Positions 32,391-42,723 of a DNA stretch of 64,000 bases are shown here, in pieces. The DNA comes from an uncultured Alphaproteobacteria bacterium. GTDB lineage: Bacteria > Pseudomonadota > Alphaproteobacteria > Rhizobiales > Beijerinckiaceae. The position numbers and the translations under genes were made by a program. Under the pieces are notes generated by a model that worked only from the letters and a program-made list of their open reading frames with translations, was not told the DNA's origin and searched no databases. Positions within the stretch are counted from its first letter, which is position 1; the number at the start of each line of letters is the position of its first letter. Location: NCBI GenBank assembly GCA_963713805.1, contig CAVQNF010000002.1, forward strand, positions 1-64,000. Direction: 5' to 3'.

Positions 32391-33866
32391 TCAGCCCCTG
32401 CGATGCGACGCGATCAAATGCTGATACTCGAAGAAACTGTCCTTGGGGACGCGCTGCTGCGTGTCGAAATCGACATGCACGATGCCGAGCCTGTGCGAAA
32501 ATCCCGTGGTCCATTCGAAGTTGTCGAGGAGGGACCATAAGAAATAGCCATGCAATCTGGCCCCATCGGCACGTGCCCTGAGCGCGGCTTCGACGTGTCG
32601 GCGAACGTAGAGGCTGCGAAGGCGGTCGCGCACCCTTCCCTCATCCACCTCCTCGTCTCCTGCCCCAAACCCCGCGCCGTTTTCGGTGATGTAGATGACA
32701 GGATCGCCATAATCGGTGTGCAGGCGCATCAGCAATCGGTAGAGCTCGTCGGGAACCACAGGACCGTTAAAGGCTTCGAGCGCGTCGGGATTGGCCGTCG
32801 CCCATTCGGCTCCGAGCGGCGCGGAAGCGTCAGCCTTGAAATAGGAAGGCGCGTAGTAGTTCACGCCGACGAAATCCGGCCGGTTCTCCGAGATGAAGCG
32901 CATGTCCGCCGGCGCCGGCCGGAAATCGGGGTTGAGCTTGCGGTGCAGCGCAGCGAGAGGCTCCGGGTAGCTGCCCTTGAAAATGGGGTCGAGAAACCAG
33001 CGGTTCTGAAGGGCGTCCATCGTCGCGGCGGCATCGATATCCTCCTGTCGATCAGGATCGGCGGGAACCGTCGGAGTGAAGTTGAGGGATATGCCGATCT
33101 CGCCCTTGAGGCCGAGCCGCCGATAGGCATGGATCGCTTGCGCGCTCGCCAACAGGATGTGATGCGCAGCGCTCGATTGCTGGGCATAGACCTGCGAGGC
33201 GCCCGATTTTTCGTCGGCCACGCCCTCGAGAATGCGGTGGATCGAGGGCTCGATCATGAAGAGCTCGACGAAGGGTTCGTTGACCGTGATGAAGCGCCTC
33301 ACCCGATCGCCGAAGGCACGAAAGATGACTTCGGCATATGCTTCGTACCAATCGACGGAGGCGGGATTGGCCCACCCTCCCCGCTCGGCGAGCTTCTCGG
33401 GCATATCCCAATGATAGATGGTCACCACGGGCTCGATCCCGTTCTCGATGAGATCGTCGATCAGTTGCCGATAATGCGCGAGCCCCGCCTGATTCACCTC
33501 TCCGGTGCCCTCCGGCAGGATGCGCGACCAGGCGATGGAAAAACGGTAGGAATTGATACCCAGGCGCTTCATGAGCGCAATATCGCGAAGGTATTGTTGC
33601 CTGTCATAAAGATTATCGGCGATATTCCCCGTTTCCTGCCGGCCGATGACCGGCTTCGTTACTTGGAGCTCATTGGTGTAGACGTCCCAATTCGACAGAC
33701 CCTTGCCGTCCACCTGGTATCCGCCTTCGACCTGGTACGCCGAAGTCGACACGCCCCAAAGGAACACGTCCCGATCCCGCTCCGGTGCGGGGACGGCAGC
33801 TCCGACACAAAAGCTCAACGCGAGTACCGGCAATGCGGTCGCGATTTTTCGCGAGATCGAACGCAA
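32391..33866 (-). CDS. GH1 beta-glucosidase with signal peptide
   Basis: FLWGVSTSAYQVEGG, TIYHWDMP, ITVNEPF and ITENGAGF motifs. Intact 491 aa. Confidence 0.85.
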   Translation of the reverse strand: MRSISRKIATALPVLALSFCVGAAVPAPERDRDVFLWGVSTSAYQVEGGYQVDGKGLSNWDVYTNELQVTKPVIGRQETGNIADNLYDRQQYLRDIALMKRLGINSYRFSIAWSRILPEGTGEVNQAGLAHYRQLIDDLIENGIEPVVTIYHWDMPEKLAERGGWANPASVDWYEAYAEVIFRAFGDRVRRFITVNEPFVELFMIEPSIHRILEGVADEKSGASQVYAQQSSAAHHILLASAQAIHAYRRLGLKGEIGISLNFTPTVPADPDRQEDIDAAATMDALQNRWFLDPIFKGSYPEPLAALHRKLNPDFRPAPADMRFISENRPDFVGVNYYAPSYFKADASAPLGAEWATANPDALEAFNGPVVPDELYRLLMRLHTDYGDPVIYITENGAGFGAGDEEVDEGRVRDRLRSLYVRRHVEAALRARADGARLHGYFLWSLLDNFEWTTGFSHRLGIVHVDFDTQQRVPKDSFFEYQHLIASHRRG

Positions 33867-34071
33867 TCGGGTCTCCCGTGTGTTGACGAATCAGCTTGCC
33901 GTATCGGGGAAGGCGCGATCGTAGCGGACGGCCGGCGGCCATGCCATCCACGCCACCCAAATCGTCGAGAAGCAGGCGAGAAGATCGCGAGTGGCGGCGC
34001 GTTTTGCGGAACGCGCGCGAGCGTTGCCGCGGCAGGCGGCGTCGCAATCAGCCAGGCGAAAGCCCGCGCAT

Positions 34072-35649
34072 CTACTTCCTGGGAACCGAAATGACGCCGC
34101 CGCCCAAAAAATTCATCCGGTTCATGTTCAGGGATTGGCGCAGTGAGATGGACCCATTGCCGCGTTGACCGTGGACGGCGAAAGCCTCGTGGTGATGCTT
34201 CGCAAGATCGGCGTCGACGTGACGGCCGGAAAGCTCGGAGCGATCATTCGCGATTTTCAATCGTCCCGGATCGGCCAGGGAATCGCGGTGATAGCTCGAG
34301 ACATTGAGCCGGCCACGCATCACGTACGGCTGGGCATCGGCCTTCGACCAATCTCCCCAGCGCAGATATTCGCCCTTCATCGGGTGGGATGGCACGGAGA
34401 TCTCATACTTCGGATGCGTCGGCGGCGCGATCTCCGACCCACGGACATGCCGGTTCTCTTCACTCCATTCATGCAAGCGGAAGTGATGAGATGAGGCGAT
34501 TGCCGCAAGGTGTGAATCATCGCGATCTCGCGGCGGATGAAAACGCCGCATATCGAAATCATCCCTGTCCAGCCGCGCATACGATCGTGATCGCGATCCC
34601 GGTCGTGGTCGTGATGCCGCACGTGGTGAGGCGGTGGGGGCGCGAGGAGGCGGTGGCGGAGGCGGCGGGGGTGGCGGCGGTGGAGGCAGGGGTGGAGGCG
34701 GTGGAGGCGGTGGAGGCGGTGGAGGCGGTGGCGGGGACGTGGCGACCACGATCTGGGACCGGGGCGGAATCTGACCCGTCTTCGCGAAGTTCTGGACGAT
34801 CTCGTTGAGGAAATTATCGAGGGCGAGCGAGGACCAATCCCATGATTGCAACAGGGCGGCGAATGAATTGGCCGTGCCGATGTTGTTGGCGGCGGCCTGC
34901 TGGTCGCTCGGCTTCACATTCGACCCGCCACTTTGCCCATTCTTGCTCGTCATGGAGGCGTTGTAGGCATTGATCAGCGCGGCGGACGCCTTGAAGGCCG
35001 GCGAGGGCGGCGTGAAGGCCGAGATCGCGCGGATGGCGAAGCCCGTGCGGGTGACCGTCTCCGTGACGCCGCCCGACGACATGGTCATCACGCCGTAACC
35101 CAGCAAGGCTTGCGTGCCTTCCTTATCGGATTGGCTGACCGTGAGGATGCCCCCGCGCAGGCCGATGGTGGCGAAAGGCGTGGTGACGGTCGCGCCGCCC
35201 GTATGTGTCGCTTGGCCGCCGACGACGCGCAGGACGCCTTTGCCGAGCGAGACGGCCATCTCTCCCTTGGCCGCGGCCGGATCGAACACGAATTTGTCGA
35301 TCACGATGGATGAATTCGGGCCGATATCGAGCGTCGTCTTGTCGATGAACACGAGTTGCACGCTGCCCGAAGGCGAGGTGTCGACCTTTTCGTTCGAGAC
35401 GACCCCCGAACCGACCTGAATCACCTTCATGTTGCCGCCCGGCGGCGTGCCGGAGGAGAGGACGTTCGCGGCCCCGGCGGTCCCCACGGGATCCGCGAGC
35501 GCGAGCTTCGGGGACATGAGGGAGAGCGCGGCGACGCCGGCCAGAAGGCAAAGGCGAAGCGGAGCCGCGGCGCCCGCTTCTCGCAAGGGCGCACGCAGCT
35601 GGGGTGGCGGCGGGGGAGTCCAGGACGCGTGCAGATTTCGTTTCGCCAT
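34072..35649 (-). CDS. FecR-domain protein with a roughly 30-residue polyproline linker and an uncharacterised C-terminal domain
   Basis: Signal peptide, FecR-like core (GSVQLVFIDKTTLDIGPNSSIVIDKFVF...VSLGKGVLRVVGG), then the linker, then a roughly 170-aa C-terminal domain. No cognate ECF sigma factor nearby. Confidence 0.55.
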   Translation of the reverse strand: MAKRNLHASWTPPPPPQLRAPLREAGAAAPLRLCLLAGVAALSLMSPKLALADPVGTAGAANVLSSGTPPGGNMKVIQVGSGVVSNEKVDTSPSGSVQLVFIDKTTLDIGPNSSIVIDKFVFDPAAAKGEMAVSLGKGVLRVVGGQATHTGGATVTTPFATIGLRGGILTVSQSDKEGTQALLGYGVMTMSSGGVTETVTRTGFAIRAISAFTPPSPAFKASAALINAYNASMTSKNGQSGGSNVKPSDQQAAANNIGTANSFAALLQSWDWSSLALDNFLNEIVQNFAKTGQIPPRSQIVVATSPPPPPPPPPPPPPPPLPPPPPPPPPPPPPPRAPTASPRAASRPRPGSRSRSYARLDRDDFDMRRFHPPRDRDDSHLAAIASSHHFRLHEWSEENRHVRGSEIAPPTHPKYEISVPSHPMKGEYLRWGDWSKADAQPYVMRGRLNVSSYHRDSLADPGRLKIANDRSELSGRHVDADLAKHHHEAFAVHGQRGNGSISLRQSLNMNRMNFLGGGVISVPRK

Positions 35650-36078
35650 ACGCGGGACAATCCAGCCGCCACAAATTCAGTATTCGCTCGCCTGTTTACC
35701 AGTCGAGACAAATGGCCACGGGGTAACCTGCGGCTCCACCGTGCATCTGTCAAATTTGACAAAGAATCATCTTTGGTTTTTTACCAGGTCAGCACAATTT
35801 TCACACTTTCATAAACGTAATTCACTTTATCGATGACTTTGAAATCGTTTCCAAAACTTGATTTTGTTTCGGTGTTTTTTAGCGCTTGAGTACCTCGTTC
35901 GTCTTAACTCCACGATCTTTCGACCAGAAACGCCCCGCCACAATGCGCGAAGCGCCGTCGTCGACGCTCGGCAACACCCCCGCGGGTTTCAATAGACGCC
36001 AAGGCGAGCGCTCTCACCTTCGCGAACTCGTCGCGCAAGCTCCGCAAGATCGGTCCGCTCTGCTTGCGAGCCCGAAGC

Positions 36079-36384
36079 TCAGGCCCCGCGCAGCTTGGCC
36101 TGGCAGAGATTGACCACCGTGCGAACCGCATCCTCTTCGTTCGCGCCCGTGCCGATCTCGCCCCTGACGAGGTGACGCAGCTCCTTGTTCGTGACGCCGC
36201 TATGGATGCAGTCGGGCCGCGCCATATCCACGAGACGCGCTTCTCGCTGCGCGGCTTTCGCCGTCATGCTGCACACCCAGAGCGCGGAGATCAGCGCGGC
36301 GGTGATGCTGACGAACCAGCGAAGCGCGTCGGACCTCGGCGCGGTGCGGAACAGTGGAGCTTCGGCCGAATAGTCGATTTGCAT
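36079..36384 (-). CDS. Hypothetical small membrane protein
   Basis: 101-aa ORF with one TM segment (LRWFVSITAALISALWVC). Weak RBS. Low confidence. Confidence 0.2.
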   Translation of the reverse strand: MQIDYSAEAPLFRTAPRSDALRWFVSITAALISALWVCSMTAKAAQREARLVDMARPDCIHSGVTNKELRHLVRGEIGTGANEEDAVRTVVNLCQAKLRGA

Positions 36385-36629
36385 GGCGAGACATCCATGG
36401 ATCGAACCACGAAGGCCAGCGCTAAGCCAAGTCCATATCCAAATTGTTCAAGGAATTATTATAATTCTCCTCGTCGCTCGCAGGACGCCGCTTCGCGAAC
36501 ATCGCCCTTTGTGGACCACCTCCCTTCACGACGCCGGCGCAGGGTGACCGAAATGTAACTTGAAGGCAGCGTTCAACTGACCCAATTTCCGGCGCAGTGG
36601 CGACCTTCGATCCGGTACGGAGTCACAAA

Positions 36630-37163
36630 ATGAACCGCTTGACCACGTTCATCGCCGCGGGGACGATGTCCCTTGCGTCTGTGGCGAATGCCTCAGCCCA
36701 AGGGCGCCCTCCCGAGGCCGGCGGCTTCCGCTCGATCGCGCGCCTTTGCGCCACCGATCAGCAATGGACAACCGAGCGCATGGGGGAGCGTCTTGCCCGG
36801 CGCCTCAATCTGACGGACCAGCAGAAGCCTGCCCTCAAGGAATTGCAGGATGCGATTGCCAAGGCAAAGGGAGATGCGAAGGCCGCGCTTTGCGCCAGCG
36901 CCCCCGACCTGTCCACCTTGCCTGCCCGCCTGGCATTCGCGGAGAAACGGCTTCAGGCCCGACTTGACGGCATGAGAGCCGTTCGGCCGAAGCTCGAAGC
37001 TTTTTATGCGGCATTGACGGGCGAGCAGCAGGTGGAATTCAACGAGCTGTGGCACCACCACGGCATGCGCCGGGGCGAGGGAGAGAGGCATTGGCGCGGG
37101 GACGGTGAATTCCGTGGCCCTGACGGCGCCGGCCGCCGCTTCGGCCCCGGCGACGACGACTAG
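36630..37163 (+). CDS. Spy/CpxP-family periplasmic protein (LTXXQ motif)
   Basis: Signal peptide MNRLTTFIAAGTMSLASVANASA, then LNLTDQQKPALKELQ (LTxxQ), and a second helical repeat. GGAG RBS. Confidence 0.7.
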   Translation: MNRLTTFIAAGTMSLASVANASAQGRPPEAGGFRSIARLCATDQQWTTERMGERLARRLNLTDQQKPALKELQDAIAKAKGDAKAALCASAPDLSTLPARLAFAEKRLQARLDGMRAVRPKLEAFYAALTGEQQVEFNELWHHHGMRRGEGERHWRGDGEFRGPDGAGRRFGPGDDD

Positions 37164-37604
37164 CTGCCTCGGCTGAGGCCCGCTTCCGGCCTTCTGACCG
37201 GGGCGAAAGGCGAAGCCGGCGAGCCGCCCGATCGATGTGAGGCCATGGCGGTCGGGCGTCATCGGCGCGGCTGTTCCGCGTGCCCGGGAAAAACTCAAAA
37301 ACGATCGCATTCGCATTTCTGGACGCCCGACCCTTGCCCTTTCTGCCAGGGGGCATTCGAGCATCACGCTCGCCGTTCGGATCATCCGCGGTCGCCCTTT
37401 CGGCGCCTATGATCGATGTCGGTTTCTCAACAGTTCTTTCAGTGCAATGCCTATGCCTTTGATATTGTGATGCAAGTCAGCCGAAAATCCGTCACAAAAA
37501 CGCGATGAGTTTTTGCGAATTCCACAAAAATGATGAGCACATCTCAATGGATCGGTGTCGGTATACTCCCGACAACATTGTAGATGGCGAGGAGACCACA
37601 GCTG

Positions 37605-37616
37605 AACGTTAACGTT
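37605..37616. promoter_or_regulatory. Perfect palindrome AACGTTAACGTT in the low-GC region upstream of the csu-type pilus operon
   Basis: ctgAACGTTAACGTTaatatt, about 150 bp upstream of the pilin start. It shares the AACGT core with the palindromes upstream of the TonB-dependent receptor. Confidence 0.3.
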
Positions 37617-37767
37617 AATATTTTGTTAGGAAATCATACTACTTATCGACTTGTGCTTCGCATTCGCGATTCGAGTTTGAGCAATGCTCCGCCCGAACTG
37701 TCAGCAGTCCCACGTCGCGTCCGCCTTCGCAAAAATTCGAAGAGCCGACTACGAAACGAGAACCACA

Positions 37768-38257
37768 ATGTGGTACAGATTCTTTGGCCGCCGCCTTGCT
37801 GTTCATCGGATTGGGCGGCAAAGCCGATGCGGCGACCGCGACCGGGACTTTTCAGGTCCAGATCACCATTCAGGCGACTTGCATCCTGGTGAGCGCGACC
37901 AATCTCAATTTCGGCACGAACGGCGTCCTCTCGTCAGCCGTCACGCAGACGAGCGCCATCTCCGTTCAGTGCACCAACACCACGCCCTATAATATCGGGC
38001 TCAACGCCGGCGTGAATGGAGGCTCCGTCACCACCCGTCAGATGAAGGGCGGCCCCACGAGCCAACTCATCAACTACTCGCTCTTCAGCAATCCGGGCAT
38101 GACCCAGAATTGGGGCGAAACCATCGGCACCGATACCGTCGCGGGCACCGGCACAGGGGCCACGCAGTCCTTCACGGTTTATGGGCAGGTTCCTGCCCAG
38201 ACGACGCCCTCCCCTGGCGCCTATACCGACACGATCACGGTGACGGTCACCTATTGA
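37768..38257 (+). CDS. Csu-type (archaic chaperone-usher) major pilin, spore-coat-U (SCPU) domain
   Basis: ...GLGGKADAATATGTFQVQITIQATC...TVTVTY*: a CsuA/B-like fold with the terminal TVTVTY donor strand. The N-terminus MWYRFFG then AAALLFIGLGG requires a 1-nt frameshift at about 37787, or else a TTG start at 37784. Confidence 0.7.
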
Positions 38258-38289
38258 TCAAACGGGCAATTCTGTCCTCGGAGGTGAAG

Positions 38290-39006
38290 ATGCGTTTCGC
38301 TCTCTGCCTCGTTCTCGCATTCACGGGCTCGACTCGCATGGCGAATGCGGCCTCGCTGCAAGTCTCGCCGGTGCTCGTCGAGGTGACCGCTCCCGGAGCG
38401 ACGGCGACCATCACGGTGCGCAATGACGGAAAGGCGACGCTCGCCACGCAGTTGCGCGTTTTCCGCTGGTCGCAAAGCGACGGCGAGGAGCGGCTCGAGC
38501 CGACCGAGGATGTCGTCGCCAGCCCGCCAGCGGTCGAATTGAGGCCGCAGCAGGATTATGTGGTGCGCATCGTGCGCACCACGAAGGCGCCTGTGGTCGG
38601 CGAGGAATCCTATCGCCTGTTCGTCGACGAGCTGCCCGACACGCAGCAGATTTCCGGGGTCAAGCTCGTCGTTCGCCACTCCTTGCCCGTGTTCTTCGAT
38701 GCGCCCGATGCCGCGCCGCCGGACCCGGCGTGGACGCTCGCGCGGACAGGGCGCGGCCTCGTATTGAATGTCGCCAACCACGGCGAGCGGCGCATCCGGC
38801 TTTCGGCCGTCAGAATTGGCGACGCCACCGGACGTACACTGGCGTTGAACGAAGGGCTCGTCGGTTACGCGCTCGGACGCTCGACCATGAGCTTCCCCAC
38901 GAGAATCGCGGGCTCGGCCCCCAGAAACGGCACCAGGATCTCGATCAGGGGGAACACCGAGCAAGGAAGCTTCAGTGCGACGGCGGTGGTCCAGGCCACG
39001 CGCTAG
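38290..39006 (+). CDS. Pilus assembly chaperone (PapD/CsuC-like)
   Basis: Signal peptide MRFALCLVLAFTGSTRMANAA. LQVSPVLVEV...TITVRNDG..A...QLRVFRW..............LRPQQDYVVRIV are PapD-like N-domain features. GGAGGTGA RBS. Confidence 0.8.
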   Translation: MRFALCLVLAFTGSTRMANAASLQVSPVLVEVTAPGATATITVRNDGKATLATQLRVFRWSQSDGEERLEPTEDVVASPPAVELRPQQDYVVRIVRTTKAPVVGEESYRLFVDELPDTQQISGVKLVVRHSLPVFFDAPDAAPPDPAWTLARTGRGLVLNVANHGERRIRLSAVRIGDATGRTLALNEGLVGYALGRSTMSFPTRIAGSAPRNGTRISIRGNTEQGSFSATAVVQATR

Positions 39007-41428
39007 CACGCTTATCATCACGGGATTCGTGTCCATCGCGGTCCTGCGCGTCACCTCACCGGCTTTTGCCGATCAGGAGCGCGGCTTGCAGCTGGAAGTG
39101 CTGATGAGTGGCCAAACCCTCCACCTCGTCGCCGCCTTTCAGCAGCATGAGGACGGCGCCCTCACGGCAACGCGCGCCGAGCTCGAGGAGATCGGGCTCA
39201 GGGTGCCGCCGAGCTTCGCTTCAAGCGACGAGGTGCCGCTGGCCGAGCTTCCGGGCGTTCGCTACCGCTACGATGTCGCCCTTCAGATCATCGATTTCGA
39301 AGCGCCGGAGACGCAGCGTCTGCCCAAGGATTACGACGCCGCGCGGTCGAATGCGGCAAGCGCCTCTGTCGACCGCTCGAGCAACGGCTTTGTGTTGAAC
39401 TACACGCTCTTCGGTTCGGGAGGTCGGGACCGTTTCGCCGACTGGCAGTACCAGGGCGCTTCCGCCATGCTCGACGCGCGCTTCTTCAGCACCTTCGGCG
39501 TCTTCTCCCAAACGGGAATCGTCGCATCGAAATCCTTCGACCCCAGCACCTCCGAAAGATTGCGCCTCGATAGCACCTGGAGCTATTCGGACCCCGACAC
39601 GCTCGTCACCTACAGGGTGGGCGACACCATCTCCAGCGGGCTTGCCTGGACACGGCCTATCCGGCTCGGCGGCTTCCAGGTCCAGCGGAACTTCGCCTTG
39701 CGTCCCGACCTCGTGACCCTGCCCTTGCCGAATGTCAGCGGCAGTGCGGCGGTGCCCTCGACGGTCGACGTCTATGTCAACGACGTGCGCACGATTTCGC
39801 AGGACGTGTCGAGCGGACCTTTCCGGATCAGCAACGTGCCGATCTTCAACGGCGACGGAGATGCGCGCGTGGTGGTGCGTGACGCATCCGGACGCGAAAT
39901 CGAAACGACGCTGCCCTTCATCGTGTCGAGCAAGCTCCTGCGTCAAGGATTGTTCGACTACTCCATCGAGGCCGGATTCCCGCGCCTCGATTACGGGAGC
40001 CGCTCGGATGACTATTCAAGAAAGCCGGCTGGCTCCGCCAGCGCCCGTTATGGATTGACCGATCGCGTCACTGTCGAGGCGCACGCCGAAGGAACGACCG
40101 GATTCGGCAATGCCGGCGTCGGCGCGGTTTATGGGGTGGAGAGCATCGGCCTCTTCAGCGCGGCGTTCAGCGGCAGCTGGCGCACCGGCTCGATGGGTGC
40201 GCAGGCCTACGCCGCCTTCGAAACGCAAATCTTCGGCATATCCTTCAACGCTTCCACGCAGCGGACCTTCGCGAACTACAATGATCTCGCTTCGGTCACG
40301 GCTCAACCCTTTCAGCTTCTCACGCCGCAAACCAATCAGCTCGCCTCCTTCCAATCCTATCTCAACCCAACGTTGCTTCCCGGCGTCCTCGGTCCCACGC
40401 CGACGGTCTCGCTCAAGCCATCGCGCGCGCTCGATCGCGTCTCGATCGGAATTCCTGCTCCCTACGTCGGCGGCTCCGTCAATCTGGGCTACGCCCATGT
40501 CGATGACGCGAGCGAGGGCCGCAGCCAGATCGTGAACGCCACCTACACACGCCAGATCGTGCACAACGGCTCGTTCTACGTCACCGCCTATGGCGATCTC
40601 GACCACCACAAGAATTTCGGCATCTTCGCCGGAATCTCAGTCCTGTTCGGCAACGACATCACGGCCTCGGTCGGGGCGAGCCACGACCACAACGGCTCCT
40701 ATGTGGCGGCCGACATATCGAAGCCGCTGGGCCAGGAACCGGGAAGCTATGGCTGGCGGCTGCGCGATATCGAGGGGAGCGGCGATCAGGCTCAGCGCTC
40801 CGCCAGCTTCGGCTACCGCGCCAACGAAGGCCAGATCCAGGTCACCGCGACGGACGGAAAGGGCAGCGCGAACGGCACCGCGCAGATCGACGGAGCCCTG
40901 GTGGCGGCGGGAGGAGGGGTGTTCATGACCAACCGGATCGACGACGCCTTCGCGGTGGTGGATGCCGGGGCACAAAATGTCGACGTCCTCTACGAAAACC
41001 GCGTCGTCGCCGCGACCAACTCCGCCGGCCTCGCCATCGTGCCGACGCTGCGCGCCTATCAAAGCAACAAGATTTCGATCGATCCGCGCAATCTTCCCGT
41101 CAACGCCGCGATCGACACGACCCAAGAGGTCCTGACGCCTTCCGATCGCGCGGGCGTGGTGGTCAATTTCGGCATCAAGACGGATACGCACTCGGCTATC
41201 GTGGTCCTGCACGATCGCGATGGCCATCCGCTACAGGCAGGTTTGCGCGGCTCGTCGGGAGAAGGAAAGGAGTTTTTCGTCGGCCATGAGGGGCGCGCCT
41301 ACATCATCGGCCTTGCCGCGAGCAACGTCGTGACCGTGCGTCGGCCCGACGGAGAATGCAAGGCCGCTTTCGATTACGCCCCGCGCGGCGATGCACAAGT
41401 CGTCATCGGCCCGGTGACCTGTCAATGA
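38975..41428 (+). CDS. Fimbrial usher (outer-membrane, PapC/CsuD-like)
   Basis: Intact 817-aa ORF. GTG start overlaps the chaperone end. Usher-like plug and barrel composition. C-terminal ...DGECKAAFDY...PVTCQ has the Cys pair typical of usher C-domains. Confidence 0.85.
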   Translation: MRRRWSRPRASTLIITGFVSIAVLRVTSPAFADQERGLQLEVLMSGQTLHLVAAFQQHEDGALTATRAELEEIGLRVPPSFASSDEVPLAELPGVRYRYDVALQIIDFEAPETQRLPKDYDAARSNAASASVDRSSNGFVLNYTLFGSGGRDRFADWQYQGASAMLDARFFSTFGVFSQTGIVASKSFDPSTSERLRLDSTWSYSDPDTLVTYRVGDTISSGLAWTRPIRLGGFQVQRNFALRPDLVTLPLPNVSGSAAVPSTVDVYVNDVRTISQDVSSGPFRISNVPIFNGDGDARVVVRDASGREIETTLPFIVSSKLLRQGLFDYSIEAGFPRLDYGSRSDDYSRKPAGSASARYGLTDRVTVEAHAEGTTGFGNAGVGAVYGVESIGLFSAAFSGSWRTGSMGAQAYAAFETQIFGISFNASTQRTFANYNDLASVTAQPFQLLTPQTNQLASFQSYLNPTLLPGVLGPTPTVSLKPSRALDRVSIGIPAPYVGGSVNLGYAHVDDASEGRSQIVNATYTRQIVHNGSFYVTAYGDLDHHKNFGIFAGISVLFGNDITASVGASHDHNGSYVAADISKPLGQEPGSYGWRLRDIEGSGDQAQRSASFGYRANEGQIQVTATDGKGSANGTAQIDGALVAAGGGVFMTNRIDDAFAVVDAGAQNVDVLYENRVVAATNSAGLAIVPTLRAYQSNKISIDPRNLPVNAAIDTTQEVLTPSDRAGVVVNFGIKTDTHSAIVVLHDRDGHPLQAGLRGSSGEGKEFFVGHEGRAYIIGLAASNVVTVRRPDGECKAAFDYAPRGDAQVVIGPVTCQ

Positions 41429-42387
41429 ACGGGTTTCACCGCCTCCTGACGGTGGTTCTTCTCGGGCTCAGCTTGTGGTGTTCTCCAGCGGGCATCGAGC
41501 GCGCCGGGGCGCAAAGCTGCACCTTGAGCGTGACGAACGTGGCCTTCGGTTCGGTGGACGTGACCGCCAATACGGGCTCGAGCACGACGGCGACACTGAC
41601 GGTCGCCTGCAGCGGCGTGATCTTGCTGCCCGTGCAGGTTTGCATCAGTCTCGGCCCGGGCTCGGCCGGCGCGAACAGCCCCTCCGACAGGCTGATGGCG
41701 AACGGGGCCAATCAGCTCCATTACGGCCTGTTCTCGGACGCGGCCCATTCCTCGCCATGGGGTTCGTATGTGACGGCGGGTTTCGGCACCGGCGTGACGA
41801 TCACCCTGCCGGCGGGTGGAGGAACGATGACCCGCACCGTTTTCGCCAATGTCCCTTCCGGCCAGCAAACGGTGGTGCCCGGAAGTTATCTGAGCACCTT
41901 TGCCGGGATCAATGCAGAGATCCAATATGGCTTGACCTCCGTGCTCCTCGGCTGCAACACGCTGGCGACCACGAGTTCCGCTTCGTTCACCGTCGGCGCG
42001 ACGGTGCCGACCACCTGCCGGATCACCACCAACAACCTCAATTTCGGCTCCGTCGGCGTGATCGGCGCCAATGTCGATGCAAGCACCAACCTCGGTCCGG
42101 TATGCACCAACGGCACACCCTACACGGTCGGCCTCGACGGCGGTCTTTCAGGCGCGACCAATCCGACGCAACGCAAGATGACGCAAGGGACGGCATTCGT
42201 CCTCTATGGGCTCTACCGCGATGCGGCGCGCAGCCAAGCCTTCGGAAACACGATCGGCACAAATACGGCCGCTGGCACCGGCACCGGGCTTTCGCAGACG
42301 CTCACGGTCTACGGGCGCGTCGCGCCGCAGGCGACGCCGGCGCCCGGCACCTACGCCGACACGATCACCGCGACGCTCACTTATTGA
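41425..42387 (+). CDS. Csu-type tip adhesin / minor pilin with two tandem SCPU domains
   Basis: ATGA overlap with the usher. Signal peptide MNGFHRLLTVVLLGLSLWCSPA. Two SCPU repeats, each ending ...TLTVYGRV...TYADTITATLTY. Confidence 0.75.
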   Translation: MNGFHRLLTVVLLGLSLWCSPAGIERAGAQSCTLSVTNVAFGSVDVTANTGSSTTATLTVACSGVILLPVQVCISLGPGSAGANSPSDRLMANGANQLHYGLFSDAAHSSPWGSYVTAGFGTGVTITLPAGGGTMTRTVFANVPSGQQTVVPGSYLSTFAGINAEIQYGLTSVLLGCNTLATTSSASFTVGATVPTTCRITTNNLNFGSVGVIGANVDASTNLGPVCTNGTPYTVGLDGGLSGATNPTQRKMTQGTAFVLYGLYRDAARSQAFGNTIGTNTAAGTGTGLSQTLTVYGRVAPQATPAPGTYADTITATLTY

Positions 42388-42432
42388 AGGATGGTGTGGA
42401 CTCGATCTGAACGCATCCGGCTCAGCTCAGCT

Positions 42433-42723
42433 CTATGCGAATTCGTGCGCTCGCGTCACCTCAAAGGGATGGTCGATCAACCGCTCCATCTTCTCCACGA
42501 AGCGCTGCGTGCGCGGCAGCTCCGCGTGGACTTCGAATGCCGCCTCGTCGATCCAGCGCGAGTGAATCCAGAAAAGACGAGGATCGCGGGTCGACCGAAA
42601 GGCCCCGATCGCCAGGCAACCGGGCTCTTCCCGGACCGGCGGCACCTGTTCGGCGAGCGCCGCCGCGACCGCGGCCTCCTCCCCTGCTCGGGCATGGAAG
42701 CGGGCGAAGATGAAGAGTTCCAT
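42433..42723 (-). CDS. Antibiotic-biosynthesis-monooxygenase (ABM) domain protein
   Basis: MELFIFARFHARAGEEAAVAAAL...EPGCLAIGAFRSTRDPRLFWIHSRWIDEAAFEVHAELPRTQRFVE: ABM/Dabb fold signature. 96 aa. Confidence 0.7.
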   Translation of the reverse strand: MELFIFARFHARAGEEAAVAAALAEQVPPVREEPGCLAIGAFRSTRDPRLFWIHSRWIDEAAFEVHAELPRTQRFVEKMERLIDHPFEVTRAHEFA

